From: the human T2T-CHM13v2.0 reference genome, Homo sapiens
Length of the DNA stretch: 64,000 nt
Strand: one strand, 5' to 3'
Assembly: GCF_009914755.1 (NCBI RefSeq)
Contig: NC_060933.1
Part shown: piece after piece, positions 42,801-55,500 of the stretch
Layout: every line of letters begins with the position of its first letter
Position numbering within the stretch: the stretch's first letter is position 1
Made by a program: the position numbers and the translations under genes
Notes under the pieces: generated by a model
Databases searched by the model: none
What the model saw: the letters and a program-made list of their open reading frames with translations, nothing else
What the model was told of the DNA's origin: nothing

Positions 42801-45590
42801 TGGAATCAACACGAGTGGAATGGCATGGAATGGAATGGAATGGAATGGAATGGAATGGAATGGAGTGAAATGGAATGGAATGGAATGAAATGGAATGGAA
42901 TGGAATGGAATGGAATCAACCTGAGTGCAGTGTAATGGAATCGAATGGAATGGAATGGAATGGAATGGATTCAACACGAATGGAATGGAAAGGAATGGAA
43001 TAAACCCGCGTGGAATGGCATGGAATGGAGTGGAATGGAATGGAATGGAATGGAATGGAATCAACCCGAGTGCAATGTAATGGAATCGAATGGAATGGAA
43101 TGGAATGGAATGGATTCAACCCGAATGGAATGGAAAGGAATGGAATAAACCCGAGTGGAATGGCATGGAGTGGAGTGGAATGGAATGGAATGGAATGGAA
43201 TGGAATCGTACGGAATAGAATGGAATGGAACGAAATGGAATGGAATGGAATGGAATGGAATGGAATGGAATGAACCCGTGTGCAATGGAATGGAATCGAA
43301 TGGAATGGAATGGATTGGAATGGATTCAACTCGAATGGAATGGAAAGGAATGGAATCAACCCGAGTGGAATGGCATGGCATGGAATGGAATGGAATGGAA
43401 TGGAATGGAATGGAATGGAATGGAATGGTACGGAATAGAATGGAAAGGAACGAAATGGAATGGAATGAAATGGAATGGAATGGAATGGAACGGAATGGAA
43501 TGGAATGGAATGGAACGGAATCAACCCGAGTGCAGGGGAATGGAATGGAATTGAAGGCAATGGAATGGAATCATCCGGAATTGAATGGAATGGAATGGAA
43601 TCAACTCGATTGCAAAGGAATGGAATGGAATGGAATGGAATGGAATGGAATGGAATGGAATGGAATGGAATGGAATTAACCCGAATAGAATGGAATGTAA
43701 TGGAATGGAAGTAAATGGAATGGAAGGTAATGAACCCGAGTGCAGGGGAATGGAATGGAATGGAATGCAATGGAATGGAGTCATCCGGAATGGAAAGGAA
43801 AGGAATGGAATGGAACCAACCCGTGTGCAATGGAATTGAAAGGAATGGAATGGAATGGAATGGAATGGAATGGATTGGAATGGAATGGAATGGAATGGAA
43901 TGGATTCAACCCGAATGGAATGGAAAGGAAGGGAATCAACCCAAGTGGAATGGCATGGAATGGAATGCATTGGAATGGAATGGAATGGAATGGTACCGAA
44001 TGGAATAGAATGGAATGGTACCGAATAGAATGGAATGGAACGAAATGGAATGGAATGGAATGGAATGGAATGGAATGAACCCGTGTGCAATGGATTGGAA
44101 TGGAATGGAATGGAATGGAATGGAATGGAATGGGTTCGACTCGAATGGAACGGAATGGAATGAAATCAAACCTAGTGGAATGGCATGGAATGGAATGGAA
44201 TGGAATGGAATGGAATGGAATGGAAACAACACGAGTGCAATGTAATGGAATCGAATGGAATGGAATGCAATGGATTCAACCCGAATGGAATGGAAACGAA
44301 TGGAATAAAACCGAGTGGAATGGCATGGAATGGAGTCTAATGGAATGGAATGGAATGGAATGTTATGGAATAGAATGGAATGGAACGAAATGGAATGGAA
44401 TGGAACGGAATGAAATGAACCCGTGTGCAATGGAATGGAATGGAATGGAATGGAATGGAATGGATTCAACTTGAATGGAATGGAAAGGAATGGAATCAAC
44501 CCGAGTGGAATGGCATGGAATGGAATGGAATGGAATGGAATGGAATGGAATTAACCCGAATGGAATGGAATGGAATGGAATGGAATGGAATGGAATGGAA
44601 GGAAATGGAATGGAATGGAATGGAATGGAATGGAATGGAATGGAATGGAATGGAATGGTAGCGAATAGAATGGAATGGAACGAAATGGAATGGAATGGAA
44701 TGGAATGGAATGGAATGGAATGGAATGGAATCAACCCGAGTGCAGGGGAATGGAATGGAATGGAAGGCAATGGAATGACATCATTCGGAATTGAATGGAA
44801 TGGAATGGAATGGAATGGAATCAACTCGATTGAAATGGAATGGAATGGAATGGAATGGAATGGAATGGAATGGAATGGAAGTGAATGGAATGGAATGTAA
44901 TGAAACCGAGTGCAGGGGAATGGAATGGAATGGAATGCAATGGAATGGAGTCATCCGGAATGGAACGGAATGGAATGGAATGGAATCAACCCGAGTGCAA
45001 TGGAATGGAGAGGAATGGAATGGAATGTAATGGAATGGATTCAACCTGAATGGAATGGAAAGGAATGGAATCAACCCGAGAGGAATGGCATGGAATGGAA
45101 TGGAATGGAATGTAATGGAATGGAATGGAGTGGAATGGTACAGAATAGAATGTAATGGAACGAAATGGAATGGAATGGAATGGAATGGAATGGAATGGAA
45201 TCATTCCGAGTGGAATAGAAGGGAATGTTTTCGAGTGGAATGAAAAGGAATGGAATCAACCAGAGTGGAATGGAATGGAATCGAGTGGAATGGAATGCAA
45301 TCGAATGGAATGGAAAGCAATAGAATGGAATCAACCCGAGTGGAATGGAATGGAAAGGACTGGAATGGAATGGAATGGAATGCAATGGAATGAAATCGAT
45401 TGCAATGAAATGGAATGGAATGGAATGGAATGGAATGGAATGGAATTAACCGGAATAGAATGGAATTGAATGGAATGGAAAGGAATGGAATGGAATAGAA
45501 TGGAATGGAATGGATTCAACTCGAATGGAATGGAAAGGAATGGAATCAACCCGAGTGGAATGGCATGGAATGGAATGGAATGGAATGGAA
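30801..45590 (+). repeat. Inner HSat3 sub-type B domain (right arm)
   Basis: Reverse complements of the B markers: aacccgagtggaatggcatgg, ggattcaacccaaat, caaacctagtgc, gaacccgtgtgc, ttaacctgaacag, gggatcaacccg. A-type modules resume at ~45600 (ggaaactacccga) and ~45790 (tcaacttgaatggaatggaaagaatgg). Confidence 0.75.
33170..40700 (+). repeat. Direct duplication in inner right arm: ~33170-34100 copied at ~39740-40700 (partial third copy ~43430-44050)
   Basis: ggaagtaaatgg, cgagggcagggg, gagtcatccgg, aacccaagtgg and ggtaccgaatag are shared in order. ORF translations match at 33452/40022/43715. Confidence 0.7.
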
Positions 45591-46559
45591 TGGAATGGAA
45601 ACTACCCGAATGGAATGGAATGTATTGGAGTGTAAGGAAATTGAATAGAATCAATCCGAATGTAATGGAATTTAATGGAACGGAATGGAATGGAATGGAA
45701 TGGAATGGAATGGAATGGAATGCAATGGAATGGAATCAACCCGAGTGCAATCGAATGGAATTGAATGGAATGGAATGCAATGGAATAGATTCAACTTGAA
45801 TGGAATGGAAAGAATGGAATCAACACGAGTGGAAGGGCATGGATTGGAATGCAATGGAATGGAATCAACCCGAGTACAGGGGAATGGAATGGAATGGAAT
45901 GCAACGGAATGGAATCATCCGTAATGGAATGGAAAGGAATGGAATGGAATGGAATGGAATGGAATCAACACGATTGCAATCGAATGGAAAGGAATGGAAT
46001 TAACCCGAATAGAATGGAATCGAATGGAATGGAATGAAATGGAATGGAATGGAATGGAATGGAATGGTATGGAATGGAATGCAATGGTACGGAATAGAAT
46101 GGAATGGAACGAATTGTAATGGAATGGAATTGAATGGAATGGAATGGAATGGAATGGAATCAACGCGAGTGCAGAGGAATGTAATGGAACGGAATGCAAT
46201 GGAATGGAATCATCCGGAATGGAATGGAATGGAATGGAATGGAATGGAATGGAATCAACCAGAGTGCAATGGAATGGAATGGAATGGAATGGAACAACCC
46301 GAATGGAATGGAATGTAATGGAGAGTAAGGGAGTTGAATAGAATCAATCCGAATGTAATGGAATGAAATGCAACGGAATGGAATGGAATGGAATGGAATG
46401 GAATGGAATGGAATGCAAATGAATGGAATGAACCCGAGTGGAATGGCATGGAATTGAATGCAATGGATTGGAATGGAATGGAATCAACTCGAGTGGAAAG
46501 GAATGGAATGGAATGGAAAGGAATGGAATGAAGTCAACTCTAGTGGAATGGAATGGAAT

Positions 46560-49500
46560 GGAATGGATTGGAATGGATTGCAATGGAATGAAATGAAATG
46601 GAATGGAATGGAATCAATCATGGAAGGGAATGTAATGGAGTGGAAAGAAGGGAATGGAATCAACACGAGTGGAATGCAAGGCAATGGAATGGAATGGAAA
46701 GGAATGGAATGGAATCAACTCGATTGCAATGGAATGGAATGGAATGGAATGGAATGGAATGGAATCAACCCGAGTGCAATGGAATGGAGTGGAATGGAAT
46801 GGAATGGAATGGAACAACCCGAATGGAATGGAATGTAATGGAGAGTAAGGGAGTTCAATACAATCAATCCGAATGTAATGGAATGGAATGCAACGGAATG
46901 GAATGAAATGGAATGGAATGCAATGGAATGGAATCAACCCGAGTACAATGGAATGGAATGGAATGGAATGGAATGGAATGGAATGGAATGATACGGAATA
47001 GAATGGAATGGAACGAAATGGAATGGAATGGAATGGAATGGATTGGAATGGAATGGAATGGAATCGTTCCGAGTGGAATAGGAGGGAATGTACTCGAGTG
47101 GAATGGAAAGGAATGGAATCAACCCGAGTGGAATGGAAGGGTATGGAATGGAATGGAAACTAATAGAATGGAATCAACCCAAGTGGAATGGAATGGAAAG
47201 GACTGGAATGGAATGGAATGCAATGGAATTAACCCGAATACAATGGAATGGAATGGAATGGAACGGAATGGAGTGGAATGGAAGGGAATCAACCCGAGTG
47301 CAGGGGATTAGAATGGAATGGAATGCAATGGAATGGAATCATCCGGAATGAAATGGAATGGAATTGAATGCAAAGCAATGGAATCAACTCGATTGCAATG
47401 GAATGGAATGGAATGGAATGCAAAGGAATACATTGGAATCAACCCGACTGGAATGGAAGGGAAAGGACTGGAATGGAGTGGAATGGAATGGAATGGAATG
47501 GAATGGAATGGAATCAACTCGATTGGAATGGAATGGAATAGAATGGAATGGAATGGAATCAACTCGATTGGAATGGAATGGAATGGAATGGAATGGAATC
47601 AACTCGATTGGAATGGAATGGAATGGAATGGAATGGAATGGAATGGAATTAACCCGAATAGAATGGAATGGAATGGAATGGAACGGAACGGAATGGAATG
47701 GAATGGAATGGAATGGAATGGAATGGAATGGAATGAACCCGACTGCAGGGGAATGGAATGGAATGGAATGCAATGGAATGGATTCAACCTGAATGGAATG
47801 GAAAGAATGGAATCAACACGAGTGGAATGGCATGGATTGGAATGGAATGGAATGGAATGAACCCGAGTACAGGGGAATGGAATGGATTGGAATGCAATGG
47901 AATGGAATCATCCGTAATGGAATGGAAAGGAATGGAATAGAATGGAATGGAATGGAATGGAATCAACTCGATTGCAATCGAATGGAATGGAATGGAATTA
48001 ACCCGCATAGAATGGAATGGAATGGAATGGAACTTAACGGAACGGAATGAAATGGAATGGAATGGAACGGAACGGAACGGAACGGAATGGAATGGAATGG
48101 AATGGAATGGAATGGAATGGAATCAACGCGAGTGCAGGGAAATGGAATGGAATGGAATGCAATGGAATGGAATCTTCCGGAATGGAATGGAATGGAATGG
48201 AATGGAATGGAATGGAATGAAATGCAATGGATTCAACTCGATTGCAATGGAATGGAATAGAATGGAATGGAATGGAATGGAATGGAATGGAATTAACCCA
48301 AATAGAATGGAATGGAATGGAATGGAACGGAATGGAACGGAATGGAATGGAATGGAATGGTATGGAATGGATTGGAATGGTACGGAATAGAATGGAATGG
48401 AACGAATTGTAATGGAATGGAATGGAATGGAATGGAATGGAATGGAATGGAATGGAATCAACGCCAGTGCAGGGGAATGTAATAGAACGGAATGCAATGG
48501 AATGGAATCATCCGGAATGGAATGGAATGGAATGGAATGGAATGGAATGGAATGGAATCAACCCGAGTGCAATGGAATGGAGTGGAATGGAATGGAATGG
48601 AATGGAACAACCCGAATGGAATGGAATGTAATGGAGAGTAAGGGAGTTGAATAGAATGAATCCGAATGTAATGGAATGGAATGCAACGGAATGGAATGAA
48701 ATGGAATAGAATGGAATGCAATGGAATGGAATCAACCCGAGTACAATGGAATGGAATGGAATGGAATGGAATGGAATGGAATGGAATGAAATGGAATGAT
48801 ACGGAATAGAATGGAATGGAACGAAATGGAATGGAATGGAATGGAATGGAATGGAATCGTTCCGAGTGGAATAGGAGGGAATGTATTCCAGTGGAATGGA
48901 AAGGAATGGAATCAACCAGAGTGGAATGGAAGGAAATGAAATGGAATGGAAACTAATAGAATGGAATCAAACCGAGTGGAATGGAATGGAAAGGAGTGGA
49001 ATGGAATGGAATGGAATGGAATCAACTCGATTGTAATGGAATGGAATGGATTGGAATGGAATGGAGTGGAAAGGAATGGAATCAACCCGAGTGCAGGGGA
49101 ATGGAATGGAATGGAATGCAATGGAATGGAATCATCCGGAATGGAATGGAATGGAATGGAATGCAAAGCAATGGACTCAACTCGATTGCAATGGAATGGA
49201 ATGGAATAGAAAGGAATACATTGGAATCAACCCGACTGGAATGGAATGGAAAGGACTGGAATGGAGTGGAATGGAATGGAATGGAATGGAATCAACTCGA
49301 TTGGAATGGAATGGAATGGAATGGAATGGAATTAACCCGAATAGAATGGAATGGAATGGAATGGAACGGAACGGAATGGAATGGAATGGAATGCAATGGA
49401 ATGGAATCATCCGGAATGTAACGGAATGGAATGGAATCAACTCCATTGCAATGGAATGGAATGGAATGGAATGGAATGGAATCAACTCGATTGGAATGGA

Positions 49501-52500
49501 ATGGAATGGAATGGAATGGAATTAACCCGAATAGAATGGAATGGAATGGAATGGAAAGGAATGGAATGGAATGGAATGGAATGGAATGGAATCAACCCGA
49601 CTGCAGGGGAATGGAATGGAATGGAATGCAATGGAATGGATTCAACTTGAATGGAATGGAAAGAATGGAATCAACACGAGTGGAATGGCATGGATTGGAA
49701 TGGAATGGAATGGAATCAACCCGAGTACAGTGGAATGGAATGGAATGGAATGCAATGGAATGGAATCATCCGTAATGGAATGGAAAGGAATGGAATGGAA
49801 TGGAATGGAATGGAATGGAATGGAATGGAATCAACTCGATTGCAATCGAATGGAATGGAATGGAATTAACCCGAATAGAATGGAATGGAATGGAATGGAA
49901 CGGAACGGAACGGAATGGAATGGATTGGAATGGAATGGAATGGAATGGAATGGAACGGAAAGGAATGGAATGGAATGGAATGGAGTGGAATGGAATGGAA
50001 TGGAATCAACGCGAGTGCAGGGGAATGGAATGGAATGGAATGCAATGGAATGGAATCTTCCGGAATGGAATGGAATGGAATGGAATGGAATGGAATGGAA
50101 TAAACCCGAGTGCAATGGAATGGAGTGGAATGGAATGGAATGGAATGGAACAACCCGAATGGAATGGAATGTAATGGAGAGTAAGGGAGTTGAATAGAAT
50201 CAATCCGAATGTAATGGAATGGAATGGAACGGAATGGAATTGAATGGAATGGGATGGAATGCAATGGAATTTAATCAACCCGAGTGCAATGGAATGGAGA
50301 GGAATGGAATGGAATGGAATGGAAACTACCCGAATGGAATGGAATGGAATGGAGTGTAAGGGAATTGAATAGAATCAATCCGAATGTAATGGAATGGAAT
50401 GGAACGGAATGGAATGGAATGGAATGGAATGGAATGCAATGGAATGGAATCAACCCGAGTGCAATCGAATGGAATCGAATGGAATGGAATGCAATGGAAT
50501 GGATTCAACTTGAATGGAATGGAAAGAATGGAATCAACACGAGTGGAATGGCATGGATTGGAATGGAATGGAATGGAATCAACCCGAGTACAGGGGAATG
50601 GAATGGAATGGAATGCAATGGAATGGAATCATCCGTAATGGAATGGAAAGGAATGGAATGGAATGGAATCAACTCGATTGCAATCGAATGGAATGGAATG
50701 GAATTAACCCGAATAGAATGGAATGGAATGGAATGGGACGGAACGGAACGGAATGGAATGGAATGGAAGGGAATGGAATGGAACGGAAAGGAATGGAATG
50801 GAATGGAATGGAATGGAATGGAATCAACGCGAGTGCAGGGGAATGGAATGGAATGGAATGCAATGGAATGGAATCTTCCGGAATTGAATGGAATGGAATG
50901 CAATGGAATGAAATGCAATGGATTCAACTCGATTGCAATGGAATGGAATAGAATGGAATGGAATGGAATGGAATGGAATGGAATGGAATGGAATAAACCC
51001 GAGTGCAATGGAATGGAGTGGAATGGAATGGAATGGAATGGAATGGAATGAAATGGAATGATACGGAATAGAATGGAATGGAACGAAATGGAATGGAATG
51101 GAATGGAATGGAATGGAATGGAATGGAATGGAATCGTTCCGAGTGGAATAGGAGGGAATGTATTCGAGTGGAATGGAAAGGAATGGAATCAACCAGAGTG
51201 GAATGGAAGGAAATGAAATGGAATGGAAACTAATAGAATGGAATCAAACCGAGTGGAATGGAATGGAAAGGAGTGGAATGGAATGGAATGGAATGGAATC
51301 AACTCGATTGTAATGGAATGGAATGGATTGGAATGGAATGGAGTGGAAAGGAATGGAATCAACCCGAGTGCAGGGGAATGGAATGGAATGGAATGCAACG
51401 GAATGGAATCATCCGGATTGGAATGGAATGGAATGGAATGCAAAGCAATGGAATCAACTCGATTGCAATGGAATGGAATGGAATGGAAAGGAATACATTG
51501 GAATCAACCCGACTGGAATGGAATGGAAAGGACTGGAATGGAGTGGAATGGAATGGAATGGAATGGAATCAACTCGATTGGAATGGAATGGAATGGAATG
51601 GAATGGAATGGATTGGAATGGATTGCAATGGAATGAAATGAAATGGAATGGAATGGAATCAATCATGGAAGGGAATGTAATGGAGTGGAAAGAAGGGAAT
51701 GGAATCAACACGAGTGGAATGCAAGGCAATGGAATGGAATGGAAAGGAATGGAATGGAATCAACTCGATTGCAATGGAATGGAATGGAATGGAATGGAAT
51801 GGAATCAACCCGAGTGCAATGGAATGGAGTGGAATGGAATGGAATGGAATGGAACAACCCGAATGGAATGGAATGTAATGGAGAGTAAGGGAGTTGAATA
51901 CAATCAATCCGAATGTAATGGAATGGAATGCAACGGAATGGAATGAAATGGAATGGAATGCAATGGAATGGAATCAACCCGAGTACAATGGAATGGAATG
52001 GAATGGAATGGAATGGAATGGAATGGAATGGAATGATACGGAATAGAATGGAATGGAACGAAATGGAATGTAATGGAATGGAATGGATTGGAATGGAATG
52101 GAATGGAATCGTTCCGAGTGGAATAGGAGGGAATGTACTCGAGTGGAATGGAAAGGAATGGAATCAACCAGAGTGGAATGGAAGGGTATGGAATGGAATG
52201 GAAACTAATAGAATGGAATCAACCCAAGTGGAATGGAATGGAAAGGACTGGAATGGAATGGAATGCAATGGAATTAACCCGAATACAATGGAATGGAATG
52301 GAATGGAACGGAATGGAGTAGAATGGAAGGGAATCAACCCGAGTGCAGGGGATTAGAATGGAATGGAATGCAATGGAATGGAATCATCCGGAATGGAATG
52401 GAATGGAATTGAATGCAAAGCAATGGAATCAACTCGATTGCAATGGAATGGAATGGAATGCAAAGGAATACATTGGAATCAACCCGACTGGAATGGAAGG

Positions 52501-55500
52501 GAAAGGACTGGAATGGAGTGGAATGGAATGGAATGGAATGGAATGGAATCAACTCGATTGGAATGGAATGGAATGGAATGGAATGGAATGGAATTAACCC
52601 GAATAGAATGGAATGGAATGGAATGGAACGGAACGGAATGGAATGGAATGGAATGGAATGGAATGGAATGGAATGGAATGAACCCGACTGCAGGGGAATG
52701 GAATGGAATGGAATGCAATGGAATGGATTCAACCTGAATGGAATGGAAAGAATGGAATCAACACGAGTGGAATGGCATGGATTGGAATGGAATGGAATGG
52801 AATGAACCCGAGTACAGGGGAATGGAATGGATTGGAATGCAATGGAATGGAATCATCCGTAATGGAATGGAAAGGAATGGAATAGAATGGAATGGAATGG
52901 AATGGAATCAACTCGATTGCAATCGAATGGAATGGAATGGAATTAACCCGCATAGAATGGAATGGAATGGAATGGAACTTAGCGGAACGGAATGAAATGG
53001 AATGGAATGGAACGGAACGGAACGGAACGGAATGGAATGGAATGGAATGGAATGGAATGGAATGGAATGGAATCAACGCGAGTGCAGGGGAATGGAATGG
53101 AATGGAATGCAATGGAATGGAATCTTCCGGAATGGAATGGAATGGAATGGAATGGAATGGAATGAAATGCAATGGATTCAACTCGATTGCAATGGAATGG
53201 AATAGAATGGAATGGAATGGAATGGAATGGAATGGAATTAACCCAAATAGAATGGACTGGAATGGAATGGAACGGAATGGAACGGAATGGAATGGAATGG
53301 AATGGAATGGAATGGTATGGAATGGATTGGAATGGTACGGAATAGAATGGAATGGAACGAATTGTAATGGAATGGAATGGAATGGAATGGAATGGAATGG
53401 AATGGAATGGAATCAACGCCAGTGCAGGGGAATGTAATAGAACGGAATGCAATGGAATGGAATCATCCGGAATGGAATGGAATGGAATGGAATGGAATGG
53501 AATGGAATGGAATCAACCCGAGTGCAATGGAATGGAGTGGAATGGAATAGAATGGAATGGAACAACCCGAATGGAATGGAATGTAATGGAGAGTAAGGGA
53601 GTTGAATAGAATGAATCCGAATGTAATGGAATGGAATGCAACGGAATGGAATGTAATGGAATAGAATGGAATGCAATGGAATGGAATCAACCCGAGTACA
53701 ATGGAATGGAATGGAATGGAATGGAATGGAATGGAATGGAATGAAATGGCATGATACGGAATAGAATGGAATGGAACGAAATGGAATGGAATGGAATGGA
53801 ATGGAATGGAATGGAATGGAATGGAATGGAATGGAATCGTTCCGAGTGGAATAGGAGGGAATGTATTCGAGTGGAATGGAAAGGAATGGAATCAACCAGA
53901 GTGGAATGGAAGGAAATGAAATGGAATGGAAACTAATAGAATGGAATCAAACCGAGTGGAATGGAATGGAAAGGAGTGGAATGGAATGGAATGGAATGGA
54001 ATCAACTCGATTGTAATGGAATGGAATGGATTGGAATGGAATGGAGTGGAAAGGAATGGAATCAACCCGAGTGCAGGGGAATGGAATGGAATGGAATGCA
54101 ATGGAATGGAATCATCCGGAATGGAATGGAATGGAATGGAATGCAAAGCAATGGAATCAACTCGATTGCAATGGAATGGAATGGAATGGAAAGGAATACA
54201 TAGGAATCAACCCGACTGGAATGGAATGGAAAGGACTGGAATGGAGTGCAATGGAATGGAATGGAATGGAATCAACTCGATTGGAATGGAATGGAATGGA
54301 ATGGAATGGAATTAACCCGAATAGAATGGAATGGAATGGAATGGAACGGAACGGAATGGAATGGAATGGAATGGAATGGAATGGAATCAACCCGACTGCA
54401 GGGGAATGGAATGGAATGGAATGCAATGGAATGGATTCAACTTGAATGGAATGGAAAGAATGGAATCAACACGAGTGGAATGGCATGGATTGGAATGGAA
54501 TGGAATGGAATCAACCCGAGTACAGGGGAATGGAATGGAATGGAATGCAATGGAATGGAATCATCCGTAATGGAATGGAAAGGAATGGAATGGAATGGAA
54601 TGGAATGGAATGGAATGGAATGGAATCAACTCGATTGCAATCGAATGGAATGGAATGGAATTAACCCGAATAGAATGGAATGGAATGGAATGGAACGGAA
54701 CGGAACGGAATGGAATGGATTGGAATGGAATGGAATGGAATGGAATGGAACGGAAAGGAATGGAATGGAATGGAATGGAGTGGAATGGAATGGAATGGAA
54801 TCAACGCGAGTGCAGGGGAATGGAATGGAATGGAATGCAATGGAATGGAATCTTCCGGAATGGAATGGAATGGAATGGAATGGAATGGAATGGAATAAAT
54901 CCGAGTGCAATGGAATGGAGTGGAATGGAATGGAATGGAATGGAACAACCCGAATGGAATGGAATGTAATGGAGAGTAAGGGAGTTGAATAGAATCAATC
55001 CGAATGTAATGGAATGGAATGGAACGGAATGGAATTGAATGGAATGGGATGGAATGCAATGGAATGGAATCAACCCGAGTGCAATGGAATGGAGAGGAAT
55101 GGAATGGAATGGAATGGAAACTACCCGAATGGAATGGAATGTAATGGAGTGTAAGGGAATTGAATAGAATCAATCCGAATGTAATGGAATGGAATGGAAC
55201 GGAATGGAATGGAATGGAATGGAATGGAATGCAATGGAATGGAATCAACCCGAGTGCAGTCGAATGGAATCGAATGGAATGGAATGCAATGGAATGGATT
55301 CAACTTGAATGGAATGGAAAGAATGGAATCAACACGAGTGGAATGGCATGGATTGGAATGGAATGGAATGGAATCAACCCGAGTACAGGGGAATGGAATG
55401 GAATGGAATGCAATGGAATGGAATCATCCGTAATGGAATGGAAAGGAATGGAATGGAATGTAATCAACTCGATTGCAATGGAATGGAATGGAATGGAATT

